This document shows positions 35,662-44,939 of a DNA stretch of 64,000 nucleotides, piece after piece (the first letter of the stretch is position 1; every line of letters starts with the position of its first letter). The stretch is from an uncultured Candidatus Competibacteraceae bacterium. Lineage in GTDB: Bacteria; Bacteroidota; Bacteroidia; CAIKAF01. A program made the translations under genes and the position numbers. The notes beneath the pieces are model-generated. The model ran no database searches. It was not told the DNA's origin and was given only the letters and a program-made list of their open reading frames with translations. The DNA lies in assembly GCA_964624635.1 (NCBI GenBank), contig CAZUXM010000010.1, positions 3,462-67,461 on the forward strand, given 5' to 3'.

Positions 35662-36327
35662 CTAAGCAAACTTCAAATTCAGTTTTTTACTGGCATGTTT
35701 GCAAGCCACCTGCTGAGCTTTCTTTTTTGAGTTTCCCTCTCCGGTTCCTAAGGGTTTACCATCAATATGTACATTGATGATGTATTTCTTTTTATCACCA
35801 CGTCCGCTATCGGAAATGGTTTCGAACTTGAGTGTCTTTTTATTTTTTTGAACCCAGATAAAAAGTTCACTCTTATAATCAATATGATCTTCTTTAATCT
35901 CTTTTAAATTGATTCGTTTTTCAATAATCTGTGTTTTTACAAACTTGTAAGCTACCTTAAATCCTCGATCCAGATAAATGGCTCCAATAAACGCTTCCAA
36001 TGCATTTCCTTTTACATCGTCAGGCAAAACATTTTTATTAAAGTTCCCTCGTATGTACTTATCCAAACCCAACTCTTCGGCGATACGATTAAGTTGCGAC
36101 CGTTGTACAATGATTGACCGGAGTTTGGTTAAATCCCCTTCGTTTTTATCAGGATAATTTTTATATAAAATATCAGCAATCACTAAATCCAAAACGGAGT
36201 CTCCCAAATATTCTAATCTTTCATTATTCAATTTGTTTCCGGTTCTTCCATTAGAAGCAGAAGCATGAATCAATGCCTGTTCGTAATAGGAAAAATCTTT
36301 AATGGGGAACTCAAGAATCTTTTCCAT
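35662..36327 (-). CDS. rnc: Ribonuclease III
   Basis: ERLEYLGDSVLD catalytic signature plus a C-terminal dsRBD. The reading frame stays open ~90 nt upstream of the ATG (see findings). Confidence 0.9.
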   Translation of the reverse strand: MEKILEFPIKDFSYYEQALIHASASNGRTGNKLNNERLEYLGDSVLDLVIADILYKNYPDKNEGDLTKLRSIIVQRSQLNRIAEELGLDKYIRGNFNKNVLPDDVKGNALEAFIGAIYLDRGFKVAYKFVKTQIIEKRINLKEIKEDHIDYKSELFIWVQKNKKTLKFETISDSGRGDKKKYIINVHIDGKPLGTGEGNSKKKAQQVACKHASKKLNLKFA

Positions 36328-36591
36328 TCTTGTTTTGAATTCCCTTTTTTCTTTGCTGGTAAAGCCCAGCGATTTTAAAAATCCTTGTAAAACTAGTACT
36401 ATAATAAGCCCAACATTTTAAGTTACTCCAATAAAAAATATAGCAATGATTTATACTTGAAAATTAAGAAGGGCTTTGGTGCTTGGGTGAAGATTATCAA
36501 ATAATGGTCACCAAACCACGAAGGCCGACATATTTCTTAATTACCTTACAAGTAACGGTAATTGCAAAAACCTATACTAAAGTAAAAATTA

Positions 36592-37842
36592 TTACTGATA
36601 TTTTTTGAAAATCACAGAGGCATTATGCCCTCCAAATCCGAATGTATTTGAAAGTGCAGCTCTTACTTCTCTTTTAGCCGCTTTATTTAAAGTAAGATTT
36701 AATTTTTGATCAATCTCGGGATCAGGAGTTGTATGATTAATCGTTGGAGGAATAATTCCTTCTTGCATTGCCAATACTGAAGCAATAGCTTCAATGGCTC
36801 CGGCAGCTCCCAATAAGTGCCCTGTCATTGATTTAGTTGAACTGATATTAAGATTATACGCATGATCTCCAAATACTTTGGTAATGGCTTTTAATTCCGC
36901 CACATCACCCAAAGGTGTAGATGTACCATGTACATTAATATAATCTATTTCGTTAGGAGACATATAAGCATCTTCCAATGCCATTTTCATTACACTGGTT
37001 GCTCCAATTCCATCAGGATGCGGAGCAGTCATATGATAAGCATCAGCAGTAGCACCACCACCCACCATTTCGGCATAGATTTTAGCACCACGAGCCAAAG
37101 CATGTTCTAATTCTTCTAAAATAATACAACCGGCACCTTCACCTAATACAAATCCATCACGTGTTTGATCAAATGGACGAGAGGCAGTAGTTGGTTCATC
37201 ATTACGGGTTGACAATGCATGTAAAGCATTAAATCCACCAATACCGGGTTCATTTACAGCAGCTTCAGAACCTCCGGCTACAATAATGTTTGATTTACCC
37301 AAACGGATAAAATTAAAGGCATCAATTAAACTATGTGTTGAGGAGGCACAAGCAGAAACAGTAGCGAAATTAGGGCCTCTAAATCCATGACGGATAGAGA
37401 TATGACCTGAAGCAATATCGGCTATTACTTTAGGAATAAAAAAAGGATTGAAACGTGGAGTTCCATCACCTTTACTAAATTCATTTACTTCATTAAAGAA
37501 AGTGGTAATTCCACCAATACCGGATGCCCAAATTACCCCAATTTTATCCAGGTCTTCTTTTTCTTTATCAATACCGGCATCAATTATTGCCTGATCCGAT
37601 GCAGCAATGGCATAATGAGTATACGGATCTAATTTGCGTGCTTCTTTGCGGTCCATGTAGTCTTCCGCATTAAAGTTTTTCACCTCGCAGGCAAATTGAG
37701 TCTTATACTTTGAAGCATCAAAGCGTGTAATATTAGCCGAACCACTAACACCCGCTTTTAGATTTTTCCAGTATTCTTCTACCGAATTACCTAATGGGGT
37801 AATAGCACCCAGGCCTGTAACTACTACACGCTTTAATTGCAT
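36592..37842 (-). CDS. fabF: Beta-ketoacyl-ACP synthase II
   Basis: VSACASS active-site Cys, the HGTSTPLGD and GHLLGAAG His motifs, and the C-terminal NTFGFGGHN. Confidence 0.95.
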   Translation of the reverse strand: MQLKRVVVTGLGAITPLGNSVEEYWKNLKAGVSGSANITRFDASKYKTQFACEVKNFNAEDYMDRKEARKLDPYTHYAIAASDQAIIDAGIDKEKEDLDKIGVIWASGIGGITTFFNEVNEFSKGDGTPRFNPFFIPKVIADIASGHISIRHGFRGPNFATVSACASSTHSLIDAFNFIRLGKSNIIVAGGSEAAVNEPGIGGFNALHALSTRNDEPTTASRPFDQTRDGFVLGEGAGCIILEELEHALARGAKIYAEMVGGGATADAYHMTAPHPDGIGATSVMKMALEDAYMSPNEIDYINVHGTSTPLGDVAELKAITKVFGDHAYNLNISSTKSMTGHLLGAAGAIEAIASVLAMQEGIIPPTINHTTPDPEIDQKLNLTLNKAAKREVRAALSNTFGFGGHNASVIFKKYQ

Positions 37843-37854
37843 TCAAATAAAGTA

Positions 37855-38094
37855 TTAAGCTTTTGCGTTGTCTTCGATGTACTTGATAGCTTCACCTACG
37901 GTACTGATTTTTTCAGCTTGATCATCCGGAATAGAAATATTAAATTCCTTTTCAAATTCCATGATTAATTCAACCGTATCCAGAGAATCGGCTCCCAAAT
38001 CGTTTGTAAAGCTAGCTTGTGGAGTAACTTCACCTTCTTCAACACCAAGTTTGTCAACAATAATTGATTTCACTCTAGATGCAATGTCAGACAT
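37855..38094 (-). CDS. acpP: Acyl carrier protein
   Basis: [17 protein letters not shown] phosphopantetheine site. Confidence 0.95.
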   Translation of the reverse strand: MSDIASRVKSIIVDKLGVEEGEVTPQASFTNDLGADSLDTVELIMEFEKEFNISIPDDQAEKISTVGEAIKYIEDNAKA

Positions 38095-38227
38095 AGTAAA
38101 AAATTTATGGTTTAATGGTGCAAAGTAAATAAAAACTATACAATATCAACCAAATTCATAAAAAAATAAATTTCGGGGTATTATTTGAAAAATCCTATTA
38201 TACAGACAATTACAGCTTTGTTAGGAA

Positions 38228-38869
38228 CTATTGACCGTATCTGTATAATGTTGTTTTAGCTATTCCAAACACCAATTCATCCTTACGGGGCTCTACTATA
38301 TACAATCCCGTTAAGCTGCCAAAAGCAGGTAAAACGATTTGATTTTTCTTTATCCAAAAGCACGGTAGTCTAACAGATTGATTCGCTTTACCTACCAGTC
38401 TAATTCCAGGATGTATATGTCCGCAAATATTAAATCGATTACCATTTTCTATAGGTTCATGCGTAAAGCAGATATTTTGTATGGTGAGTTCTTCAATACA
38501 GGTAATGTTTACTTGTTTATACATATTAGGTGTAAGTAAATCATGATTGCCTTCGATAAGTATAAATTGTGTGGTAAATTTTTTAATCCATTGGGCAAAT
38601 ATGTCCCATTGAATATTATGTTGACTGTGGAAAAGATCACCTAAAAAAATAACAGTTTGGGGTTGGTATTCTATGATGAGTTTTTCTATTTTTTCTAAAT
38701 CTCCCAGTTCAACTCCTTGCGAAAAGGCTATTCCGGCTTTTCTAAAGTGGTCAGACTTACCTAAATGAACATCCGAAATAATGAGCATTTGTTGGGAGGA
38801 CCAATATAAACACCGTTCAACCAAAATTGTCATCCTATTCCCACCAAAAACTATTTCATCTTTCGTCAT
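38228..38869 (-). CDS. pdeM: Ligase-associated DNA damage response phosphoesterase PdeM-like (calcineurin-like metallophosphoesterase)
   Basis: LIISDVHLGK..HFRKAGI........L..........P..VIFLGDLFH ... EGNHD ... GHIHP pattern. Length of ~213 aa fits PdeM. Confidence 0.65.
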   Translation of the reverse strand: MTKDEIVFGGNRMTILVERCLYWSSQQMLIISDVHLGKSDHFRKAGIAFSQGVELGDLEKIEKLIIEYQPQTVIFLGDLFHSQHNIQWDIFAQWIKKFTTQFILIEGNHDLLTPNMYKQVNITCIEELTIQNICFTHEPIENGNRFNICGHIHPGIRLVGKANQSVRLPCFWIKKNQIVLPAFGSLTGLYIVEPRKDELVFGIAKTTLYRYGQ

Positions 38870-38940
38870 CTTACAAAAATAACAGGCTTGTTTGAACCTT
38901 TTAAACCCATGGGTGTAAACTATAGCATAAAAACTGTAGC

Positions 38941-39561
38941 ATGAAACCGTACATATTACTTACATCACTGACCCTAAGCATTTTAACTGTTAGGGCGCAA
39001 AATTTAATTAACCAACAAGTCAGCTTTAATAATGTACAAACCAATGTCAATTACACCTTTAATAACCTTGATATTAATGAAAACAACACCGGTAACCGTG
39101 GTAGAGGTTCTTCGACATTCAATAACCCTGGTAATTCAGGAAATAACACCAACCCTCAGGTAAAGGTGGTTCAGGTTCAACAAAAAACCAATAAACCCAA
39201 AAACAAAATCAACAGCAACCCTGTTAATGAAGTAAATGTAAACAGAGGGAATGTTTTTGATGTAAACGACAATGTAAATGATGTTAATGTGCAGAGTGTA
39301 ACTATTACTCATGTAAAAAGCAATCCGGTAATCATTAATAACAATAAAAAAGTAGCGGATAAACCTGTTGTAAAAGAATATGAAGGTTTGGATTTTAAAC
39401 CCAGTGGTTTATCAGGTAGGGATTATAGCAATGGTGGAAAGCTAAAAAAAGGAGAAAAAAACATCAATAAACCTACCTATACTAAACATAAACCGGTACA
39501 TAGAAAAAGACCATCATTTAAAAAGGTAAAATATCATACCGCGAAATGTGCTAAGTGGTAA
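38941..39561 (+). CDS. Secreted Asn/Val/Lys-rich low-complexity protein
   Basis: Signal peptide (LSILTVRAQ), long N-rich and VN-repeat stretches, and a basic C-terminus. Confidence 0.5.
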   Translation: MKPYILLTSLTLSILTVRAQNLINQQVSFNNVQTNVNYTFNNLDINENNTGNRGRGSSTFNNPGNSGNNTNPQVKVVQVQQKTNKPKNKINSNPVNEVNVNRGNVFDVNDNVNDVNVQSVTITHVKSNPVIINNNKKVADKPVVKEYEGLDFKPSGLSGRDYSNGGKLKKGEKNINKPTYTKHKPVHRKRPSFKKVKYHTAKCAKW

Positions 39562-39566
39562 AGCGA

Positions 39567-41711
39567 TTACAAATACACAATAAAATCTACCTGTCTTCTT
39601 TCTAAGTCAGCATTTTTTACCTGTATTTTTAGCTTATCTCCTAAACGATATCGTTTACCATATTTGCGGCCTATATACTGATGGTTTTTTTCGTCATATT
39701 CGTAGGCATCATCTTTAAGGTCACGACCACGAACCATTCCTTCACATTTATTTTCAATGATCTCTACATAAATACCCCATTCAGTAACACCACTAATCAC
39801 CCCATCAAACACTTCACCTATTCGGTCAGATAAATATTCTACCTGTTTATATTTGGTAGAAGCACGTTCGGCCTCTGCTGCTTTTTTCTCCATGTCGGAA
39901 GAATGTCTGCATCTAATTTCATAATCTTTTACATTTACAGATGCCATTCCCATCAAATATCGGTCTAATAAACGATGTACCATTACATCTGGATACCTTC
40001 TGATAGGTGAGGTAAAATGGGTATAGTGCTGAAATCCCAACCCATAATGTCCTATATTTTCAGTGCTGTAAATCGCTTTTGCCATACTTCGTATGGTAAG
40101 GCTTTGAATCATATCTTCCTCCGGTTTTCCTTTTACTGCTGCCATCATTTTATTGAGACTATGGGCAATGTTTCTTGGAGAATTAATATCAATAGTATAT
40201 CCAAATGTTTTTACAAATTCTTTTAATTCCCCAAGCTTCGTTTCATCCGGTTGATCGTGGATTCGGTATACAAAAGTTTTTATTTCTTTTTGGGTTTCGT
40301 CCTTTAACCCAATTTTTTCAGCCACTTTTTTATTGGCTAATAACATAAACTCTTCAATTAACCAGTTAGCTTCTTTGGTTACCTTAAAATATACTTCATA
40401 AGGAACTCCTTTATTATCAAGTTTGAATTTTACCTCGGATGATTCCACCTTTAAAGCACCATTATCAAATCTTTGTTTACGAAGTTGTGATGCTAAATCC
40501 CAAAATATTTTTATTTCTTCTTTTAAATCTCCTTCTCCGGTTTCAATTACCTCCTGTGCTTCTTCATAGGTAAAACGACGAATAGAGTGTATAACAGTTT
40601 TTCCAAACCATTGCGATATTATATTAGTGTTTTTATCCATTTCAAAAACAGCACTATAACATAATTTATCTTCATTAGGGCGCAATGAACAAACCCCATT
40701 CGACAATTTTTCAGGTAACATCGGCACCACACGATCTACCAAGTATACCGAGGTAGCCCTGTTAAAAGCTTCCTGATCAAGCATACTTCCTTCAGGCATG
40801 TAGTGGGTAACATCTGCAATGTGTACGCCTATTTCATAATTACCATTAGGTAAAATCTGTATAGATAAAGCATCGTCAAAATCTTTGGCATCATGTGGGT
40901 CAATAGTAAAGGTGGTAATCTTTCTAAAATCTCTTCTTTTTTTAATCTCCTCTTCAGGGATATCAAAACTAATTTTTTCAGCATAACGTTCTACCTGAGC
41001 AGGAAATTCCGTAGGAAATCCATATTCAGCCAGAATGGCGTGCATTTCAGTTTCATTCTCTCCCTTTTTACCTAATACTTTTATTACCTCACCAGTGGGT
41101 TTCTTGCCTGATTTTGGCCATTCAGTAATTCGAACCACCGCCTTTTCACCATGTTTACCTCCATTTAAATTAGGGATCGGTATAAAAATGTCCAGGTTGA
41201 TTCTATCATTATCAGGAACAAGAAAAGCATATTTTTCGGATACATCTAAAGTGCCAACAAACTCACTTTTATTCCGTTGTAAAACCTCTATAATCTCTCC
41301 TTCTTTTCTACCCTCTGTTTTTTTATTAAAAACATTCACCTTTACAAAATCCGAAGGCATGGCTCCGTTAATATTCTTGGAAGAAATAAAAATATCGTCT
41401 TCCAATCCATCAACAATAACAAAAGCGTTACCTGAGGATAACATATCCACTTTACCTTCAAAGGTGGTTTCTTTTTTAATGAATTTGAATTTGCCTTTTT
41501 CTAACTCTTCCACCTCTTCTTTTTCAACCAATGAATTCAGCATTTCTGCAATTAATTCTTTGGTAAACTCATCCTTGGCCTCCATTTTGGCGGCAATTTG
41601 TTTATAGTTCAGAGCCTTGTTACCAGCACCCTGCAATACTTTTTTTATCTCAGCGGCTAAATTATTGTTTAGGTTGCCTTTTGACTTTTTCTTAGACTTT
41701 TTACTCCCCAT
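39567..41711 (-). CDS. rnr: Ribonuclease R
   Basis: RNB catalytic domain (DPHDAKDFDDALS, HFTSPIRRYPD) and a C-terminal S1 domain. Confidence 0.95.
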   Translation of the reverse strand: MGSKKSKKKSKGNLNNNLAAEIKKVLQGAGNKALNYKQIAAKMEAKDEFTKELIAEMLNSLVEKEEVEELEKGKFKFIKKETTFEGKVDMLSSGNAFVIVDGLEDDIFISSKNINGAMPSDFVKVNVFNKKTEGRKEGEIIEVLQRNKSEFVGTLDVSEKYAFLVPDNDRINLDIFIPIPNLNGGKHGEKAVVRITEWPKSGKKPTGEVIKVLGKKGENETEMHAILAEYGFPTEFPAQVERYAEKISFDIPEEEIKKRRDFRKITTFTIDPHDAKDFDDALSIQILPNGNYEIGVHIADVTHYMPEGSMLDQEAFNRATSVYLVDRVVPMLPEKLSNGVCSLRPNEDKLCYSAVFEMDKNTNIISQWFGKTVIHSIRRFTYEEAQEVIETGEGDLKEEIKIFWDLASQLRKQRFDNGALKVESSEVKFKLDNKGVPYEVYFKVTKEANWLIEEFMLLANKKVAEKIGLKDETQKEIKTFVYRIHDQPDETKLGELKEFVKTFGYTIDINSPRNIAHSLNKMMAAVKGKPEEDMIQSLTIRSMAKAIYSTENIGHYGLGFQHYTHFTSPIRRYPDVMVHRLLDRYLMGMASVNVKDYEIRCRHSSDMEKKAAEAERASTKYKQVEYLSDRIGEVFDGVISGVTEWGIYVEIIENKCEGMVRGRDLKDDAYEYDEKNHQYIGRKYGKRYRLGDKLKIQVKNADLERRQVDFIVYL

Positions 41712-41819
41712 TTCGCTTAATTTCGGGTTAAACTTACCTAATTAACCTCAATTTTATTCCAATTCTAACAAGTATTAATAAACAACAATGTTATCTTTGG
41801 AGTCTTGTATTTATAGTTC

Positions 41820-42806
41820 ATGAAAGCGCTAATAGAAGGATTTTCGAACCAGATAGAGAAAGGAATTGAGATTTTTTTGGCCAATCCACCCAAAGAAGTT
41901 CAACAAAAATATTCCCAAATTGTAATCAGTGGATTAGGTGGCTCAGGTATTGGGGCTACTATTATACGTGACCTAAGTGCCACCTTTTCAACCATACCGG
42001 TAATTGTTAATAAAGAGTATTCTATACCAGCCTTTGTAGGACCTCAAACATTATTTATTGCCAGCTCATATAGTGGGGATACTGAAGAGACTTTGGCTGC
42101 CACTCAAATGGCTGCTGAAAAAAAAGCAAATATAGTTTGTATAACCAGTGGGGGGAAATTAGGAGAAATGGCCAAAGCCAACAACTGGGGTCTGTTATTA
42201 ATTCCGGGAGGAAGTCCTCCAAGGGCTAATCTAGGCTATTCATTAACCCAACTGATATGTATATTTTCCGCTTCCGGTTTTTTACCTGCATCTGCTAAAA
42301 ATGAGTTGGAAAAAACAATCACATTTATTCGTCAGAATGAAACAGCCATTCGTGAAAAAGCAGCCGAAACCGCCAAAAAGTTATTTAATAAACGAATAAC
42401 TATCTACACTGATGCATCACATGAAGGAGTAGCTGTTCGTTTTCGCCAACAATTGAATGAAAATTCAAAAATGTTATGCTCTCATCATGTTGTACCTGAA
42501 ATGAATCATAATGAATTAGTAGGTTGGACCGAAAAGTCAGATGAACTAGCTGTAGTTTTTATTCGTAATAACTCTGATCATTCCCGAAACCAATTTAGAA
42601 TGGACATTAATAAAAGTATTGTTGCTAATTACACCAATACGGTTATTGAACTATGGGGAGAAGGAAATAATGAAATTGAAAAAACTTTTTATATCATCCA
42701 TCTGGTGGATTGGATTTCTTTTTATCTGGCGGAAATGAAAGGGGTAGACATCATGGATATTAAAGTGATTGACTTTCTAAAACAGAAGTTATCAGAAATT
42801 AACTAG
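41820..42806 (+). CDS. SIS-domain bifunctional phosphoglucose/phosphomannose isomerase-like protein
   Basis: GLGGSGIGA and SYSGDTEETL SIS motifs. Size and layout match the archaeal/bacterial PGI/PMI family. Confidence 0.6.
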   Translation: MKALIEGFSNQIEKGIEIFLANPPKEVQQKYSQIVISGLGGSGIGATIIRDLSATFSTIPVIVNKEYSIPAFVGPQTLFIASSYSGDTEETLAATQMAAEKKANIVCITSGGKLGEMAKANNWGLLLIPGGSPPRANLGYSLTQLICIFSASGFLPASAKNELEKTITFIRQNETAIREKAAETAKKLFNKRITIYTDASHEGVAVRFRQQLNENSKMLCSHHVVPEMNHNELVGWTEKSDELAVVFIRNNSDHSRNQFRMDINKSIVANYTNTVIELWGEGNNEIEKTFYIIHLVDWISFYLAEMKGVDIMDIKVIDFLKQKLSEIN

Positions 42807-42816
42807 TTACATTCTT

Positions 42817-43533
42817 ATGGTCACAGCCAACAAAATGGTTGAGTTGAAAGATTTGGGCAAAATTAATTATAAAACTGCCTGGGATTATCAATTGGAATTA
42901 TTTGAGCAGACCAAAACCATTAAGCTAAAGAATCGTGATTTACCTGAAGAAGAACAATTAGCTACCTCCAATTATTTATTGTTATGCGAACACAACCATG
43001 TATACACCTTAGGTAAAAGTGGATTCATGGAAAACCTTCTGCTAAACAATCAGCAATTAAAAGACGAAGGAATAGAATTTTATCATATCAATCGTGGTGG
43101 TGATATTACCTATCATGGACCGGGCCAATTAACCGGATATCCCATTTTTGACCTTGATAATTTTAAAACTGATATTATTGTTTATTTACGGGATTTAGAA
43201 GAGGCTATTATCGAGGTGATAGCAGAATATGGATTGAAAGGTGGAAGAATTGAAGGACTCACAGGTGTTTGGTTAGACTGGAATGATCCAAACAAAGCCC
43301 GTAAAATATGTGCTATGGGGGTACATACCAGCCGCTGGGTAACTATGCATGGGTTTGGACTCAATGTAAATACAGATTTAAAATACTTTGGACATATCAT
43401 TCCATGTGGTATTATTGATAAATCGGTTACATCCATTGAACAGGAAGTAGGGAAAGTAAATATGGAAGAGGTTAAAAAGTTATGTATTGAAAAAATCTCT
43501 AAAGTATTTGGTGCCGATATTCAACTATTATAA
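42817..43533 (+). CDS. lipB: Octanoyltransferase (lipoyl(octanoyl) transferase)
   Basis: RGGDITYHGPGQL and KICAMGV (catalytic Lys) motifs. Confidence 0.9.
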   Translation: MVTANKMVELKDLGKINYKTAWDYQLELFEQTKTIKLKNRDLPEEEQLATSNYLLLCEHNHVYTLGKSGFMENLLLNNQQLKDEGIEFYHINRGGDITYHGPGQLTGYPIFDLDNFKTDIIVYLRDLEEAIIEVIAEYGLKGGRIEGLTGVWLDWNDPNKARKICAMGVHTSRWVTMHGFGLNVNTDLKYFGHIIPCGIIDKSVTSIEQEVGKVNMEEVKKLCIEKISKVFGADIQLL

Positions 43534-43538
43534 GCACT

Positions 43539-44840
43539 ATGTCTAATACTGTGTCATCTTTTTATTCCTCTGGAAAAGTTTTTATAGGGTTATTCATTGT
43601 TACTCTTATACTCATGCAGTATAAGCAACACAAAACAACCAATTTCGATTGTGAGATATGTTCTGATAAGGCAGGTTATTATATGTATTTGCCGGCTACT
43701 TTTTATTACGGTTTTAAGGCTGGTGCTTACCCGAAAAGCTTCGACCATGAACACGGCGATGGTTTTTACCTGGATCATACAAATGATAAAGTAATAACAA
43801 AATTTACTACCGGTGTGGCTTTATTACAATTGCCGTTTTATACACTTGGTTATTGTATTGATAAAATTATAGGAATCAATGCTCATCCATATTCTACTTA
43901 TTATTTGTTTTTTATTAATCTGGGTTTAGCATGTTACTTGACTATTGGTTTATATACACTGTATAAATGGTATGCCATATTTACCAACCCCCAGGCAGCT
44001 TGGTGGACAAGTTTATTAGCATTTATTGGTACTAATTTATTCTACTATACGATTGACGAAAGTTTAATGAGTCATGCTTATTCTTTCTCGATGTTTGCTA
44101 TTATGTTGTATGCTGTTTCAAAATATTACAATACCTCAAAAACAACATTTTTTATATTGTTTTGCATTGCTTCAGCTATGGCTATATTAATCCGACCTAC
44201 CAATATTATCATGGTCCCGTTTAGTTTAATAATACAACCAACTACTTTATCTATTAAAAACTCATTGATAAAGTTGATGAGTTTAAAAAATATCATTTAT
44301 GGTATCACAATACTGAGCATGGTTATCTTACCACAATGTATTTACTGGAAATTTGCTTATAATCAATGGTTCGTCTGGTCATATCAGGGAGAAGGTTTTA
44401 GCTATTGGAGAAATCCTCAATTTCTAACAACTCTATTTTCTCCTCAAAGTGGATTATTTCCTTACACACCTATAATGTTATTATCAATATTGTGTTTGCT
44501 ATTCATTCGTGAAACTCCTCATAAATGGGCAATACTACTATTATTATTAGTCATTATTTACATGTTTTCTTCATGGCATAATCCATATTTTGGTGTTTGC
44601 AATTTTGGTAAAAGGCCCATAGTAGAGTACTATCCTGTTCTAATGATACCTATTCTGTTTTTAGTTTCAAAGATTCCCGTATACAAAAAGTGGCAGAAGT
44701 TTGGTGTTATTATTTTAATTTTTGTTCTCGTATATTATAATCTCATTTTCACTTTAGGTTTCAACACCTGCTTCTTTGGAAAGCCATGGGAATGGGAAGC
44801 TTTTGGTCTTTTATTGAAGAAAGTTTTCTTGTTTAAATAA
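43539..44840 (+). CDS. Polytopic membrane protein, possible GT-C-type glycosyltransferase
   Basis: More than 10 predicted TM helices and an aromatic-rich composition. Family assignment is uncertain. Confidence 0.4.
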   Translation: MSNTVSSFYSSGKVFIGLFIVTLILMQYKQHKTTNFDCEICSDKAGYYMYLPATFYYGFKAGAYPKSFDHEHGDGFYLDHTNDKVITKFTTGVALLQLPFYTLGYCIDKIIGINAHPYSTYYLFFINLGLACYLTIGLYTLYKWYAIFTNPQAAWWTSLLAFIGTNLFYYTIDESLMSHAYSFSMFAIMLYAVSKYYNTSKTTFFILFCIASAMAILIRPTNIIMVPFSLIIQPTTLSIKNSLIKLMSLKNIIYGITILSMVILPQCIYWKFAYNQWFVWSYQGEGFSYWRNPQFLTTLFSPQSGLFPYTPIMLLSILCLLFIRETPHKWAILLLLLVIIYMFSSWHNPYFGVCNFGKRPIVEYYPVLMIPILFLVSKIPVYKKWQKFGVIILIFVLVYYNLIFTLGFNTCFFGKPWEWEAFGLLLKKVFLFK

Positions 44841-44939
44841 ATTTAAATGTATTCATTACAGCAGGGCATTGCTAAGTTTGTCTCACTTTTTTAAACAATT
44901 TTTAAATCATTATATTTACTATTCAAACAAAGCATTTTT

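Noticed and set aside
36420-36591. Possible structured RNA between fabF and rnc (CTTTGGTG ... CACCAAAC pairing around 36472-36516)
   Set aside because: There is only one 7-8-bp stem with a long loop, and no resemblance to any RNA family I can recognise. The evidence is insufficient.
41035-41607. 190-aa ORF antisense to rnr, together with the other 60-110-aa antisense ORFs (e.g. 26951..27265, 25813..26151, 12533..12817, 16376..16630)
   Set aside because: All are nested within well-supported genes on the opposite strand and lack any recognisable motif or independent start context.
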